From Camelus ferus (taxonomy: Eukaryota), in contig NC_045696.1 in assembly GCF_009834535.1 (NCBI RefSeq), positions 32,056,001 to 32,120,000 on the forward strand: a stretch of 64,000 nt of DNA, given 5' to 3'. The position numbers were made by a program, and so were the translations under genes. Within the stretch, counting starts at the first letter, position 1. Each line of letters starts with the position of its first letter. Shown here in pieces: positions 36,159 to 50,630 of the stretch. Below the pieces are notes generated by a model that worked only from the letters and a program-made list of their open reading frames with translations, made no database searches and was not told the DNA's origin.

Positions 36159-39089
36159 TGGTAAATCAAAATTCCATATTGGAGAGAGGCTTTTCCTTTG
36201 ATGAGAGTACTAAATGCATTCCTGAAAAGAGTCATCTTACTTTTGTATGGATGGATTTCAGAAACTAAATGAAATCAAATATCAACAGCATAGCCAAAAA
36301 CTGTACTACCCAAGTGGGAGCTGTTGCCAAAGTCTATAGAGTGATTATATTCTCCTGTTTTTTTTTTTTTAATTTCAAGTACAATTATATTTTCGTAGAA
36401 GGCATTATTTTAAACCACAAGGGAAACCCTGCTCACATTGTCTTTGAGCTCCTCTTTTAATCAAGCTTTCTAGAAAATTCACAACGTTTAAATGGTTTCA
36501 TTTAAATAATCTAATCAAGTTTTAAATGGCTATCCTGAAAGTTGGTAGTGGACCTGCTTTGCACACATTTGGATACCAAAATATGGTATCTCCCCTCACT
36601 CACTGACTTTCAGTTGAATAGATTAGTGTGGGCTTGTTTGTCCTTCTGATGTTGTGCTAAAAGGACACTTTCTCAGTGAGAAAGTAGGTCTTTTTAAGAT
36701 TCATCATTTTCAAGGTCATAGAATATGCACATTGGCCATGTTTTTTTACTAAATAAAATATTCATTTGTGTTTTTAAATGTAGCTGTAAAATGAAATCTA
36801 TTTTTAGTATTTTACAATATAGAACATAAATTTTAAAATAGTGTTTTAAACACATGTAACTATTTTTATGATAGTTTATGCAAATAGTCTGTACCAACAT
36901 GAACTAAATATCTGAATATGAAGCTAAAATCCAGCATTGATATTTCTACCAGGCCTATAAAAAATTGAATTTTTAGGTTTTTCTTATAACACACACACAC
37001 ACACACCATTTTTTAATTGAGTGAGTATTATGGAAAGGGCAAAGAAGTATGTTTTTATACTGAGGAAAAGATTAGGATTGGAGTTATATTATTTTGGTTA
37101 TATGTGTGAGTACTATATATATAAAACGGGAAAATCATCTTTGTTCTTTCAAAGAATTCTTTAGAACTTGAGCTGGGATTTAAAAAGATACTTGTTTGAA
37201 GATATGAAACTAATTAATAGACAAAAATTACTTTTCTCTAATAAAATAAGAGCACAAAAGTGTATCAAACACTAAAATATGAAATAGCAATATATTGTAT
37301 TGAGATATAGATAAAAATTACAAACCATACAATTTTTTTGAATGTTACTTTAGTGAAGGTGGCTCTTTATGGTACCCCTTTTGAAATAGAATAGTTACAA
37401 TTCCCTATTTTCTATTTAAATATTAAAGTCTTGATATTTTATTTTCATATGTATCATTTATGTGCTTTAACTACAAGACCATTAAAATGCATATTAAGAT
37501 ACCTTTCATCAGTTTCTTGTTTTGTACTGAATACTTCAGAGATTGAATCTTCTGCTCTGTACGTGTGATGCTGAAAACAAATCCTTATAAAATCAGTTTG
37601 TTTCTTCTTTTGGAGAGTTCCTGTCTAAATCTATTTTTTGCTCACTGAACATACAGATTTTCTTATTCTGTGTAGTCATTTGGAATTTTACTATTATGCC
37701 TGGAATTCCACAGATACCAATTTCTAACAAAACAAATTGTATAAGAAATAACTTTTAAGAGATAATTTTTAAGAGAATGTTGATGAAATGATACTTGTGC
37801 ATTGCAAGGAAAGGCTTTTTTCTGTGCAAAGTTTTTTAGAGGTGTCGGAAGTCATTGTCTACCTCCCTTTCTGCTGAGAGCCAAGCAGGGAATTAAGAAA
37901 GGAAGAAAAGTGCTCTGCACACAATGGCCTTCAGTGAATATTATTGATGACTGGACACCTGCTAGGATGTAAAGGCATTTAATCCATATTATTTTGCCTT
38001 TTAACTTGTCAACTCAGATGTGGCAGCCAGAAGAGTTTTCTGTCAAACATTAGCCTTTGCACTACATTATATTTTTATTTTTCATTCTTGCAATTTCAAT
38101 ATACAACACAGCTGTGTCTTTAAATAATGTAAATTTTTTTAGCTATATAAAGACAAACTGAAAAAAAAATGTGTTCTCTGAATATCAAAACATCCAGAGA
38201 GTGTGATATACATAGGTGCAATTATCAACTTCCCCAAATTATTTTTTATAAAAAATTTTGCCCCAAATTTTAAATTACCTGTGGATTTTCTATCTTTACA
38301 AATGCTTTTCTTCATTGTGGTTAATTATCATGTGCTAGTAATGTGCACTAAGAATTTAATTTGTTTACCAATATACTTTAAAAGGGAGATAATGTAATAT
38401 TTTTTTCCAGGAATCAGACTGACTGATGTATTTCCAGGAGATAGAGACAGTGGGTTCCTGCAATGTGGATCTTTGTCCCGTGCCTGGGTCTGTGTCTACC
38501 ATGTACAGGGCTCCTAGCCTTACATCCTAAGAAATCAGTTCATTCAGACATGTTTCAGTTTTCATCTTATTTTTCTACTTATAATAGAATATAAACATTG
38601 TATTTCAACTTTTGACCTTAGAGTAACGTAATGTAACCAACATCTTGGGAGAATGTTTTGCGACACATAAGAGTTTTATGGACACCTGGAAAATTCTTTT
38701 TAGCACTTTTGATGGAAACCTTTCTCTAACCTACTATTTCTTCTTTTGTGGAAAATGAGAAAAATAATTTAACCTTTTCTGAGTGTCTCAGGACTTATTA
38801 GCCCATACTCTGCTGTGCTAGACAGCAGAGTTCTACAAATGATTTTGAGCTTTTCATGCCTCTCTCCTAATTGTGCATTATGCTTGCCTTTGACCGTCAG
38901 GTCCTTAACTTCTCTTTACAATTTGATATTAAGAATGCAAGTCAAAAAGGAAAAAAAGTGTTAAAATCCACTTAAATAATATATTGATCGACTTATTTAA
39001 TAAGGCACAAACAAGGACGCAAGGGCTAGAACCCAACAAATCTAGCTATCCAGGCCAGAACTTTTTCCCATATAACAACCCCTTATTTT

Positions 39090-39700
39090 TAACTGCTTCC
39101 TGGGTATTTTACCAAAAGATGTGTAGGCACATAAAAACGTAGCAGGCCCAAAGAGCGAACTCATTATCTTTCCCATTCAGCTACCCGCTCCCAGCCCTCT
39201 GCATCTCTGGAATTCCCCATCTGAGTTAATGCCATTGTAGCTGCCCCAACACTTGATGTTGTCTTTAACTTCTTCCTGACCTTTTACTTTAACTTAGCCC
39301 ACAGTCTCCAATATGTGGCCTTTTCTTTTCACCTCCATTGTTAGGATCTTGTTTGAATTCTTGCAATCTTTCATCTGTACTATTGTTACATTCTCTTATC
39401 AATCTGTCCCCACTCCCCCTCACCCTCCACACTGTCTCTAGGGTTATATTAAAAAAAAAAAAAAAGTCTGGTTGCTTTTCTCTTCTACGTAAAGTTCACT
39501 ACAGGCTCTCTATTCTCAACACTAATTAATTAAAGCACAAACTATTGATCATGACATAAAAAGGCGTTCTCATTCCACCCCCAAATGCTGGGCACTTGTG
39601 GCTAACCACCCCACCCACTCTCTGAGTCCTGTTTCCCTTGAACTTGCAGCATTTCCCAAAGCGCACATATTTTAATATGACTTTATGCCTTTCACATGCT
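39090..39700 (+). mobile_element. L2 fragment
   Basis: aactcattatctttccc, ttccccatctgagttaatg and ccctccacactgtctctagggttatatt are typical of the L2 3' region. Confidence 0.6.
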
Positions 39701-42596
39701 AAACATTAACAAGTAAGAGAGTGTACTAATCAGTCCATGCGGAACTTGAAGTAATCTTGAAAATAAGCCACATTTGATGCCCAGAGCTTTATGAGAAAGT
39801 GTTTCTAATAATTAAATCTAATTGATAATAAATTTGTTAGTCCAGGTCTGTACAGATACCAAAAGAAGTGAACAAAATGAAATCAAAGAAAACAGATTTG
39901 GGGGTTTTTGTCTTTGTAGGCTCATGCTTTGGTCTCAGTAATTATTGTTCTAAGTGTGATCAGGTTTTGATTTAATTATATAACTCCAGTACTTCAAGCC
40001 AAAGTGAATTTTTATAGGTCTGTGTTAGTTATAATCTAATATTTAGTTGATAATATTATGTTATAATCTAATGAACTATGTCATAATTATCACTCAATAT
40101 TTGAAGTTAATATATTCAAAAAGGCATGGGCACTTCTGGTCAGCTGATATTTTAATTCTTAATCAGAATTGCAAAATCTGAGTCAAAATAAGGTTGATTA
40201 AAACTAGGTAATATCACAAGGTTTTAAAAATATAATTTTTATTAAGCTAATAGAATATTAAGAGTTTTAGTTTATACTTTGTCACAAAGATTTGAATCAC
40301 TCTAAAAATTAATTTTTAATCATGGCTCATTAATAGTAATTAAGATGAGTGGAGAAGAAAAATGCATGTTCATCCACATTTACTTCTGCGATACAAAATG
40401 ATTACACATATTTCATTTAAGATATTTTGATGTATACTTTACTCTGCCAGATGTATAGCACATGACCCATAATATCACTAAAAGCAAACTATTCCATAAC
40501 ATTTTTTTGCTCTTTAATGAAAGCAGCTATTTTAGTAGCAATGCTGACCTGATAATTGCTAGTGGGTCTAAATTGGATGTACTTCAGTTAATGCATCAGT
40601 AAGTGATGTACCTTAATGCAATTAAAAGATTCTAATCTAACCTAAGGAAAGCTCTTGTTCATATTGACTGCTTTAAATTCAGACTATGATTTCATATTTT
40701 TAAAATGGTCCATGGCTTCACTGACCCCATTAGTGGTATACAACTTTCCTTTGGCGTAGCCAGTTGCTGCTGAGTAAGCATTTATGAAAGCCTCGAATGA
40801 ACTTCATCAGACAACTACCATTGCTTAATTTCAGAGAAAGGAACATTGAGTAAAAAACAATCAAGATATTTAATGTGGAGATTGAGGAAATACTAGATTG
40901 AAGTGAGGGATAAAAATTTATTAAGGAACCATAGTTATTCCATTTGCAATAAACTTGAGTGTAACCTTTTCACTTGATACTAACTTTTTTCTGCAAGGCA
41001 TTTATTCAGATTTTATCAGACATTAGTGATGTGACTTGCAAAGTGATCAAAATGTTTAGTTTTCCTCTTGTAATTATTTGGTGATGGTACTTTTGTGTAC
41101 CTGCCCACAGAACCTAATTTGTGGGGATTAAGTTTCCCTGAATGCAGGGCAGGTGGCTCACTACATCTTCCACTACTATTAGAATGAAATTCTTTAATGT
41201 AAAAAGGAAGATATTAATAGTGTGCCAAATAGGTACACTTACAGGTTAGAAATGTGCTTCTGATTTTCCCTTTGGAATGGACCGTGCATTTCTAAATCAG
41301 TGCAGACATTTGAAGAAGGACGATAGGCTTCCTAACCACGTTAACAAGGGTGTGATTGTGTCTAAGTGCATTTGGATTCCAGATTCATGGGTTTTGTATG
41401 GATTAGAGCAGTCTTCCTTGATTCTAGCAATGGGTATGTGTATCATAGCCTGGCTGACACACCAGACACCCTCACTGAGGTAGTGTCTTCTCTTGGTGTT
41501 TGTACCGGGAAGTTGGGAAACAGTGAACAAGGATCTCTGCCAGCTAGATGCCATTTTAAACTGCTAGTCTCTGCTTTTTTGTGAAATGCAAGGTAATTTG
41601 CTGGGTCTAAAGGATTTTCTCTCCTAGCTGTGAAGGAGAACTAAAGTGCAGTGCCAATTCTCTTTCAAGAAATGTCTTGGACACCCTGAATTCCTTTTCT
41701 ATAGGACTCTGAGTCTATAATAATTACTAATAATATCACCCATCATATTTAATCTATAATTAATCATAGTCTTCTTCATATTATTCATGTGAATGTCTTG
41801 CCCACCAGCTGACAAACTTTCTAAAGGCTAGCTTGCCAGGTTTACCTCTCTTCTACTATGCAGTCTACTTGAACTTGGTAGGCCGTCTGTAAGTGGTGTG
41901 ATTTGAGTTAAAATGGGCTAATTTGCCCCAATTGTGTTGATAATGTAACCACAATAGTATTAACTGTGATTATTAATGTGTGTTTGTTAAAAGTTACAGT
42001 GTATATAGAACTTTCCAAGCAGTCAGCATCTCATATTTGTTTATGCCTAGCCCAGCTGTCTCCCTGACTCCCTAGACCATGCAGTGCCTTGCCATCTACT
42101 AATGCACCACAACTGTTCTGTGATGCATCTGTTTTCCTAATTGCTGGAACTGATAAGGATAAATGAGTCCAGTTCCCCCCCTGCAGGGATGTGTGTGCTG
42201 TCATAAACTCACTGAACACAGCCCTTATCTGGGGGTAGAAGGATGAGAATTATCTCTGGGGAGGGTTCTGATTTGGAGGGAGAAAAATAAGAGAACACTT
42301 GAGTTGCTTTAGTGATTCTCCCATGCTCCCCACCCATTTATTGACCACCACACAGCCAGAGCTGGGTTGGATGCTGCTTTTGGATCTTCTGCCTGCCTGT
42401 TTCAGTTTCTGAGAAACACAGAGAGAGCATTTCCTTCTAAAAGACATTTTAGGTAGGTGCCAGATCTTAGTATCCTTTGATTTGGCACCAGCCTCTGGTA
42501 TACATTTTATCTACTACCTCTGTTTCCTTTTCCTTTATAGCACCCTTGGTAACATTAGCCTCAGGCCAAATTTTAGCCAGTGCTCCCCTGTATTAT

Positions 42597-43057
42597 TGAA
42601 AGAGTGGGAAATTAACAAGATAGCTATTGAGTTGTTCAGGCCTGTACTTTTAGCTAAACTGATCTTATGACTAACATGCTCCCCTCCCTGTGCGTTCTTT
42701 TCTTAGAATAACTTAACCTTTTACCCTAGAGGTCTTAAAAGAAGGTCTTGGACTGATCCTCAAGAAAATGGGCCAACCCTTCTAAATTTCTCCATAACAA
42801 CAGCAAGTTCTTATCAAGATGAAAAGAATGTAACACCCTGTAGAACGCCCTGATTGTTATTACCTTTTATGTTCCATCCAGATTTTCTGTAAAACCTCAA
42901 GATCGCAACTCCACGATGGGCTCAGTCTTTAAGGCATCAGCCTGCTGTGGCTCCCTTTGCCAGGCAAAGCAATAAAGCTGTTCTTTTCTATCCTCCCAAA
43001 ACTGCCTCCGAATCTCAATTCCTCTATCCCGGTACAGAGGCTGGTTTTGCAGCAACA
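42597..43057 (+). mobile_element. ERV1-type solo LTR in sense orientation
   Basis: 3' end ctccctttgccaggcaaagcAATAAAgctgttctttt...ggtacagaggctggttttgcagcaaca (AATAAA 42971-42976, CA end 43057). 5' TG at 42597 is tentative. Confidence 0.75.
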
Positions 43058-46000
43058 ATTTTTTTCCGGCAACACTGTTGTAACTTCCTAGATATAGAAC
43101 ACTTGTCTATTTATAATCTCATTAAGGACTAGGGTTTTTAGCTGTTTTATTCATTGCTCCATCCTGAACACCTCGCGCTGTCCCAACATATGGTAAATTT
43201 TCAATAAAAATTTGTTGCCATCATATAAATGTAACTCTTTTCACTTTGATTACATTCTTAGGATCACACAATATTATTGTACAGTCTGTCTTAGGTTCTT
43301 TTGCTTTAAAACCCTAATTTGTCATTTTGAACACTACCTCAATTTTTGTCTTATTTATCTATGGCTCTCAAACATGTTTAACTGAATTAATTTAATCATA
43401 TGGTTCCTATTATTCAAACTTTTAGTAAGTTTTGAACGTGTTGGTATTACTGTTTTTAACTCAGTAACCCTTTTCCATATCACTAAATTCAATCTTGAAA
43501 GCCTATATTATCTATAAATTTTTCTCTTACTTAAATAAAGGATGCAATTAGCTTTTCTCTCCATCCACTGCATTGAGCTGTACTCTGCTTAAACTGTTGT
43601 AGCTCAAATATTTGTGATTTTTAAAAATGATTAACTTAGAAAATGTATAGTGAACACCTGTTAGATTCTAGATACAGTTCTAGGTTTGAGGATATAGACA
43701 GAAACAAAAGACAAAGTAGGAGGTGGTCAAGTGTTTAGGTTAAGGTGCCATTTGTGGCTAATTTAGAATTCCTGTTTGGCAGACTTTGCTATTCATGCAA
43801 ACTTGGAGGACAAATGGAGTTTCTTCATGTGAAAAAGAAGTAGATGTACTACACCGCATCTGAAGTTTCTTGTGGTTTTAAAATTTAGTTATCTTTGTGT
43901 TAAATGGGATAAGATTTTTAAAAATAATTATTCTTAATGTAAAACAAGGTTGGCCAAAATATTCCATTGAGTTTTCACCTAGGTTTTAAATCCCTTCGGT
44001 TGGTTGCCTTTTGGGACAGGTTTCATTATAGTTGACTTTAAGCCTGGGTTAGTTTTACAACAGATGATCAGGCTAACATTTTAAAATATGTAGTTATGTA
44101 AACAGGTAAGTCAATAACATTGACAATTAAAATTAACATATTCTGCAAGTAGTTTTATAGCTGCTTTGATGCTTTTGTAATGGGCACGCTATCTCTGTTG
44201 ACCATAATGATTAAAAGACTTCCAGTTTCATCTTGTGTTCCAGTAGAATATTTTCCTCTTTATGCTTTTCTTAGTGTATATTTTCATATATTTGCAAACA
44301 AATACTTGTTTAGCTAATGTATATTGTAAGAACTAATATCTTCTTAACTGTCAACTTCCAAATTTTAGTCAAAATTAAAACTCTTAATGCCTGGCTGCTC
44401 CCCAGCAAATTGCATGTGATTTTGTGTACATAGCTTGGTTTCTTCATCTTTGACGCTGTGAGGCTGACTTTAGCAGGACTATCTACTTTGTAGTGTTAAT
44501 GTGATAATTAACTGCAATAATTTTTTAAACTTAGCACCATGGTTGTCATGTGGTAAGGTTTCTATAAATTTTAAGTATTAACGATTATTTTCTTCCCCAG
44601 CTCATTTATCATTTCTACACTTACCTGTTTTTAAGGAAACATTATAAAATAAAAGGATAATGAAAGAAGAAAGCCTTGTTATTTAAAAATAGAAGAAATA
44701 AACTAAGAACAAAGTTTAATAGGGTTATAGATTTTTATGAAGACAATTGATGAATACTTTAAGTGCAGTACTTAATTCATTGAATATTGTATATTCTGAC
44801 AATATTCTACTGAAGGAAGTATTTAATATTTAATGATCTCATTATATTTAATAAAATATGAGAGTGTATGGGTTTCAAGAATATAATTCTATTAACAGAA
44901 AGGTTTCATGTAAATGAGTATCTGTGTAATTGTCCTTAAAGACTAAGCACGTTTATAATATATTAAAATGGCCTCTAAAAACCTTGTCTGAATTTCTTGG
45001 TATTTTAGATAATTAAACAAAATATTTTACTGAATTGATTTATATAGTATTTTTATTTGGGCACATGATCCAATGCAATTTTATGTAATGATTTTGCTTT
45101 GGAAGCACTGTTTTGAGTAATTCTAAAGTAGCTACAGTAACTGAGATATAACTAAATTTATAATATTTCAACATTAAAGTATAAAACATTGATTTTAAAA
45201 TAATTTAAAGACTCTTTCCTGCATTAAAAAAAATCAGTTTTTAGTTTTAATTGCCTTATTCCTGTAGCTGTAGCTTAAAAAAAAATTCCTTCATTTTGCC
45301 CTCAAAAGACAAAGAATCTACATTCTTTCTTCATTTATTAAAATTATTTATAATTTTTGATTATATGTTTAATGAAGATGACTTGGAGGAGGTATCTCTT
45401 TATAGGAATCAAAGTGATCTGTAATTTACTCTTAGTCTAACATTCCTTATACAGTTACTTTTTCAACTCCTTTCTCTGTTCAAAGAGAAAAATCAAATGC
45501 ATAAAAAATTCACTCATTAATTTATGTAAGTTACAGATTCTTAACTCTTTTTTCTTAGATAAAAAAATCACAAAGGTGAAAAGCACCCAACACTGTATTC
45601 TAAGAACATTTATAAATGGTGTTTAATTTTTTTTACTGTTTTATTTAAGAAATAGGTAAAATAATATATAGACATGTATAATGGGTTACAACTCTCTTCT
45701 TTAACTTCCTGTTTTGGTAACTGTCAAAAGAAACACATTAGACCTCTTTTTTTTACTGCCTTTTACTCTTTTGGGTAAGTCAAGGTTAATTATTCCAAGA
45801 TAATTCCTGGCCCACGAGGCTTGTTCATTTTATTTCCAAACTATTTTGTGGTTCTGTATGTTAGCTTCATGGCCTTTACTCTGGTATTTCAGATCTCTAT
45901 AGAAATCTTCCAGGGTCTGTTTTACACTTAAGAACTTATGAATCCATATAGGGCTCTGAAATGTACTGGAATATTCACTGGACCACAGGCCATTCTGGAG

Positions 46001-48744
46001 TGAGACCCAGATTCTAGGTGCAACAATTCCTCGGTTGCAACCTACGCACTAAGCCTATCCTGGAAAGGAGCTGGGGCAAAACTGTGAAATAGCAAAGTGC
46101 ATTTGTGGTATTTTTTAATTTTCTGGACAGCCCTTTGTCTCTTTAATGCTTTCATAATCTCTCTTATAAAACAATTTCATAAATGAAATCAATCACAGAT
46201 CCTAGAAAAAAAAATTGATGTTTTAGATTCATTTATAGAATTTACATTGAAAATAAAATATTTGGAAAATGCTACTTAACATACAAAAATGGATCTTTAG
46301 TAAAATAATTAGTCTCTTTGGTTCCTGGATTGAGCCAGATAGTTAGGGACTTTTTGTACCTTAAGTCATATTCTAAAGGCAGCTGCTAATCAGTAAGACT
46401 AACTCTGCTAGCAGAGTCTCACAGAGACTGCCACTCAAAAATGGCTAAAAACCAGAAGCAACAGATCTTGCTCTGCCATGACAACAGGTGTAGTGGATAT
46501 GAGAATTTGTGCAAGAAGTGGAGGTGGACAGAAGCAGCCTTTTCAGGTAGTGGATGTCCTGCCCCAACATAAAGGATGATTCCCATATTTAGACCGGGTG
46601 TTGAATGTTGTCAACCCTGATTGTGTGGTTTAGTAACTCTAGTAATTTCAACTCTTACAAAACAAACTAGCTTCAGAGAAAAAAATATGAACTGGCACAG
46701 GAAGCTGGGGAGTCTTTCAGTAGCCCAGGCTGGTTCAGTATTCCACTGCTACTTCTAGGGATGCGACTGTTTATCAGCCCCAGTAGGAATGCAGAGTTGA
46801 AGAAGAGATTCCTCAGAGAAGGGAGGTTTGTTGTCAAAGGAGAAACAGGAACGTGCCTGTCCACTACAGTCATCTTTAGGATCTCATGTGGTAACTAATA
46901 TTTTGACACCCGCTGATGTGGTCCAGTATCAGAAGCCACCTTAATGACTAAAGCGCTGCTGGTTCCCAAATCATATGGAGTAGTTTCCTGGGCAAGGAAA
47001 AAGGAACACTGGGAGAAAAGAGATAATACTAACTGTGGGAGAAGAAGTGGTGGTAATAGTTAAGATCAACTTACTGCAGGTCCTAGTTGTGACTGTTACA
47101 GGGTCAGCTTTAAAGAGGAGGTTTTGAACTGCGCACTGGTGATCAGTGGTGCACCATTAGGGAATGAAGAGCAGAAAGTCATAAAGGTGTGGGCTTTCCG
47201 CGGAAAACACCTTGACTCCAGCTTCCTGAAGTGAAAATCTGAAAGCCATTAGCAAAAGCACACTGGCTGATAAGAACTGTCATTTTTCCTTTCGGAAATG
47301 TTTTAAAAGAAGCTAGGTTGCTTTATTTAGCTCATTCCATGCTTGGTAGCCTTAGGGACCAGAACAAAGGATGAACTATGACCCGTGTTTCCTGCTATTA
47401 TCTCTAAATGCACCTTAATATGACACTAAATATTAATGTTGTAATAGGAATTGTGACACAAAGGTAACAAAATTAAGGTTAAAGTTCTTTGTCTTCGGTT
47501 AAAATCATACTTCATTAGTGGTACAGCCACCAAATAGAATCTATTCTTTGAAATTGTTATACTTGTTCAAAAGCTTGCGAATTAGTGTAAACTTGGGACC
47601 TGCCGAACATCCTTTCAGCATTATGGGATTCCAGAACATGTGAATAGGATGTTTCAGTTGTTAGGTAATTTTCCAGATGCCTTTTTTTGTGCTCAGATAA
47701 TTCAAATGGCTTCCTTTCAACACTTCAGGCTTGTCATGTACACCGTATTAGAGTGTGTAACATTTTTGAAGGAATTTGGCACAGATATCACATTTCCACT
47801 TTAACTCTCTAAGTCTGAAGAGTGCCTGCCAAGATCGGTATAAATACATCCTAATAAATATATTTTCACCATTTTTGAAGTTCCCTTATTTCAAGTGTCA
47901 ATATTGTATGTGTTATGACAAGAGTGGTTTAATTAGTTATGGTTTTTACTGATATTTTGAATAAATACATTTAGACTGTATTTACAGCAAACCTCAACAT
48001 TTGCAAATGATAAAGACAGCATTGATTCACATGTGATCACTCATTAAGATGCACATTTAAAAGCTTGATTTCAGTGAAGCTTTCTATGTCCTTAGGTGAG
48101 TAGGAAGGTCATTAAAATTCTCCTAAACCCTATAAGTTGGACAGTTAAAATTTAGAGTATTTCCTTACAGTCTTTCTTTTAACTGCTTTTTGGCTTGGTT
48201 GAGATCATCTTTATATACAATATTATATCCTGTTTTCTCCCCTTAACATCAAAATGTTTAGAGGGTGATTTAATAAACTGTTTTAAAATAAATTTTATTA
48301 TTATTGGATATATCAAAAACTATTTTTAACTAATTTAAAATATACAAAGTTTAGTCCATCCACAAACATTCATTTCCTTGAGTCTTTTAGAAAATCTTTC
48401 TGCATAAGAGTACAAACAGCTATCAGAAGCTAACTATCTGAAATCGTTGAGGCAGCATATGTGGGCAGTGACATTCTCTAAAGGTGCCATGCTGCTGAAG
48501 ACCTGCTATAATTTCAAACTAATATAATTTAAAACTGATCCTTATGGAGGATGGCAAATGTATTTGTTAAGCAGCTAAAGTGGAAATTAAAAGCAAACAC
48601 AGTTTAGAATTGATTTAGTCCACCAACTTTGATATTATGTGATTCACAGCAAATTTTATAATTTCTGGAATTAATATAATTTCAAAATATGTGAATTAAG
48701 AGAACTTGCACTAATTGAGATTTGTTTAATTCAAATATGACTGC

Positions 48745-48915
48745 ACTGTATTAGAAAGAAACTTAAATTTGGATTTGAGGACACCTGCCTTGGAATACTA
48801 GGTATGGGTGAATTTGGGGAAGTTGCTTTATCTTTCCAAGCCTCAGTTTCCTTGTCTATAATAGGGGATAATAATACTTCAGGCAATTGTTGGGGATTAT
48901 GCGTAGTGCTTGTCT
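48745..48915 (+). mobile_element. MIR SINE
   Basis: gcctcagtttccttgtctatataataggggataataatac core. Confidence 0.75.
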
Positions 48916-50565
48916 ATATACTTGGTCCATAAAAGAGACTAGTATTATACTATTTCCTTTCATGATTGAGAATTTTGACCATTCCTCTGGCTTCTTGTTT
49001 CCGTAACAGGCTTTTAAGCCTGTGTGGAAATTCATTTCTTCTACAGAAGAACCTGGTGATTTAAAGTTGGCCAAAGATGGTATTTATCCTTGGGCTGATC
49101 AAGTGATGGGTTTTTCATCACTTGAAGGGGATTAAGAAAACTGATAAAAACCCCAGTGACATGAGAGGTTATAACCTGCTGTCTCAGTTAATTGTTAGAG
49201 ATGTGAGCAGATACATGTACAGGATCTTTTAACTCAAGCAACGCCTAACCTTTCTACCTTCCCACCCCTGCTCCCTGATGGAATTGTTCACTTTATGTGT
49301 TCACAATTTCAGATGAAATGTGGATAACACCAAGTTTATTTAAATTAAAAAATAATACATAATGAAAAATAGTGACGCATGTTTATACTCAAAATATAAA
49401 TTGGGTACAAACTTGTTTTCTTTGGAATAGGGTAGTAGCAAATGACAAGTTTTTAAAAGTAAGTTAAATTGCCTCATTAATGTTTGGAGTATGGTTATGA
49501 GGAAATAATGATGTGACTCACAAGTATTGGTGTACTTATTTCCTATAATCTGTGCTTCACCTTATAGTTAATTAACCTGTATAAAAAGAACTTTATTATG
49601 GTATATACATAACTACATTTTCAACTACTCTGAACTAGTCTTAATGAGACTGACTATGCAAAAAACTATTTTTGGCAGCTTTATTTACTTACATTGCTTT
49701 ACTTTTTTGTATTTTTTTTAACAGTGAGGTCACTCATTCAGTGGTTTAATAGTAAAAATTATTATGCATTTTCCATTATTAATTAAAACCATGCTTTGTG
49801 TAATTTATTCAGGTCTCATATGATTTGTATTTTGTATAGAAAGTGCATTACCCTATGCTTCCTTTTCCTTTTGTCCAGGAATTTAAAAATACAACCTACT
49901 TATCTAATATCACTGTCTTTTCAATTAACAAGATAATTATGAAGTCAGCATCATTGAAAATATTCTAGTGATATCCTTTGGATCAATTTGACTAGATAAA
50001 TTTGAATAAACCTATAATGCTCAAAGATATCTTAGAAATACATTGAATTAATTGAGATGGAAAGAAAATACATGGGGACAGTTAGCTTCAAGAAAATGTT
50101 TAGATGATGCTTTTATTGAAAGATACTGAAAAAAAGTACTGTTTCTCAACCCTTACATCTCCTACAGACAATAAGAGTGATTGTTATAAGCATCATTTGG
50201 GTCACAGCATGATTCTGTTTCATAACCATGTAGCAGAACTCTTTCCCAGAATTAGATTTTAAAATTAGCATTTAAATTTTTTCTTTATCTCAACAGTATT
50301 TAGAGGATGCTTTATGTCAGTTATTTTCTCTGATTTGTTCAAGGAAAACTTTAAAAATTTGAAGTTTTTACTGCCTCCTGGAAAGGATTTTCACATCTTG
50401 TACTGAGCTGAGGCACATGTTCTCATATTTGTAATCATTTTCTATGTTAAACAGTATTACTTTCATTGTCATCCCAAGATTCATGTGATGCATTTTTGGA
50501 TGAGTAGACCCTAAATCTCTCTGAATTAACAAATATCTTAAATTTTGGACTGATTTCACCATTAG

Positions 50566-50630
50566 TTTTTTTTTTTTTTAATTGAATTATAGTCAGTTAC
50601 AATGTGTCAGTCTCTGGTGTACAGCATAAT
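50566..50630 (-). mobile_element. Very short L1 3'-terminal insertion
   Basis: Poly-T then aattgaattatagtcagttacaatgtgtcagtctctggtgtacagcataat. Degenerate flanking repeats tgatttcaccattag / tgattttcatgttag. Confidence 0.75.

Noticed and set aside
41457..41499. Hairpin containing let-7-like TGAGGTAGT
   Set aside because: Only 9 nt match, the seed sits at the apex of a short bulged stem, and the geometry does not fit a pre-miRNA.
45900..47250. GC-richer stretch, possible old DNA transposon or retrocopy
   Set aside because: I could not assign a family, a coding frame, TSDs or a poly(A) tail by eye; needs Dfam/BLAST.
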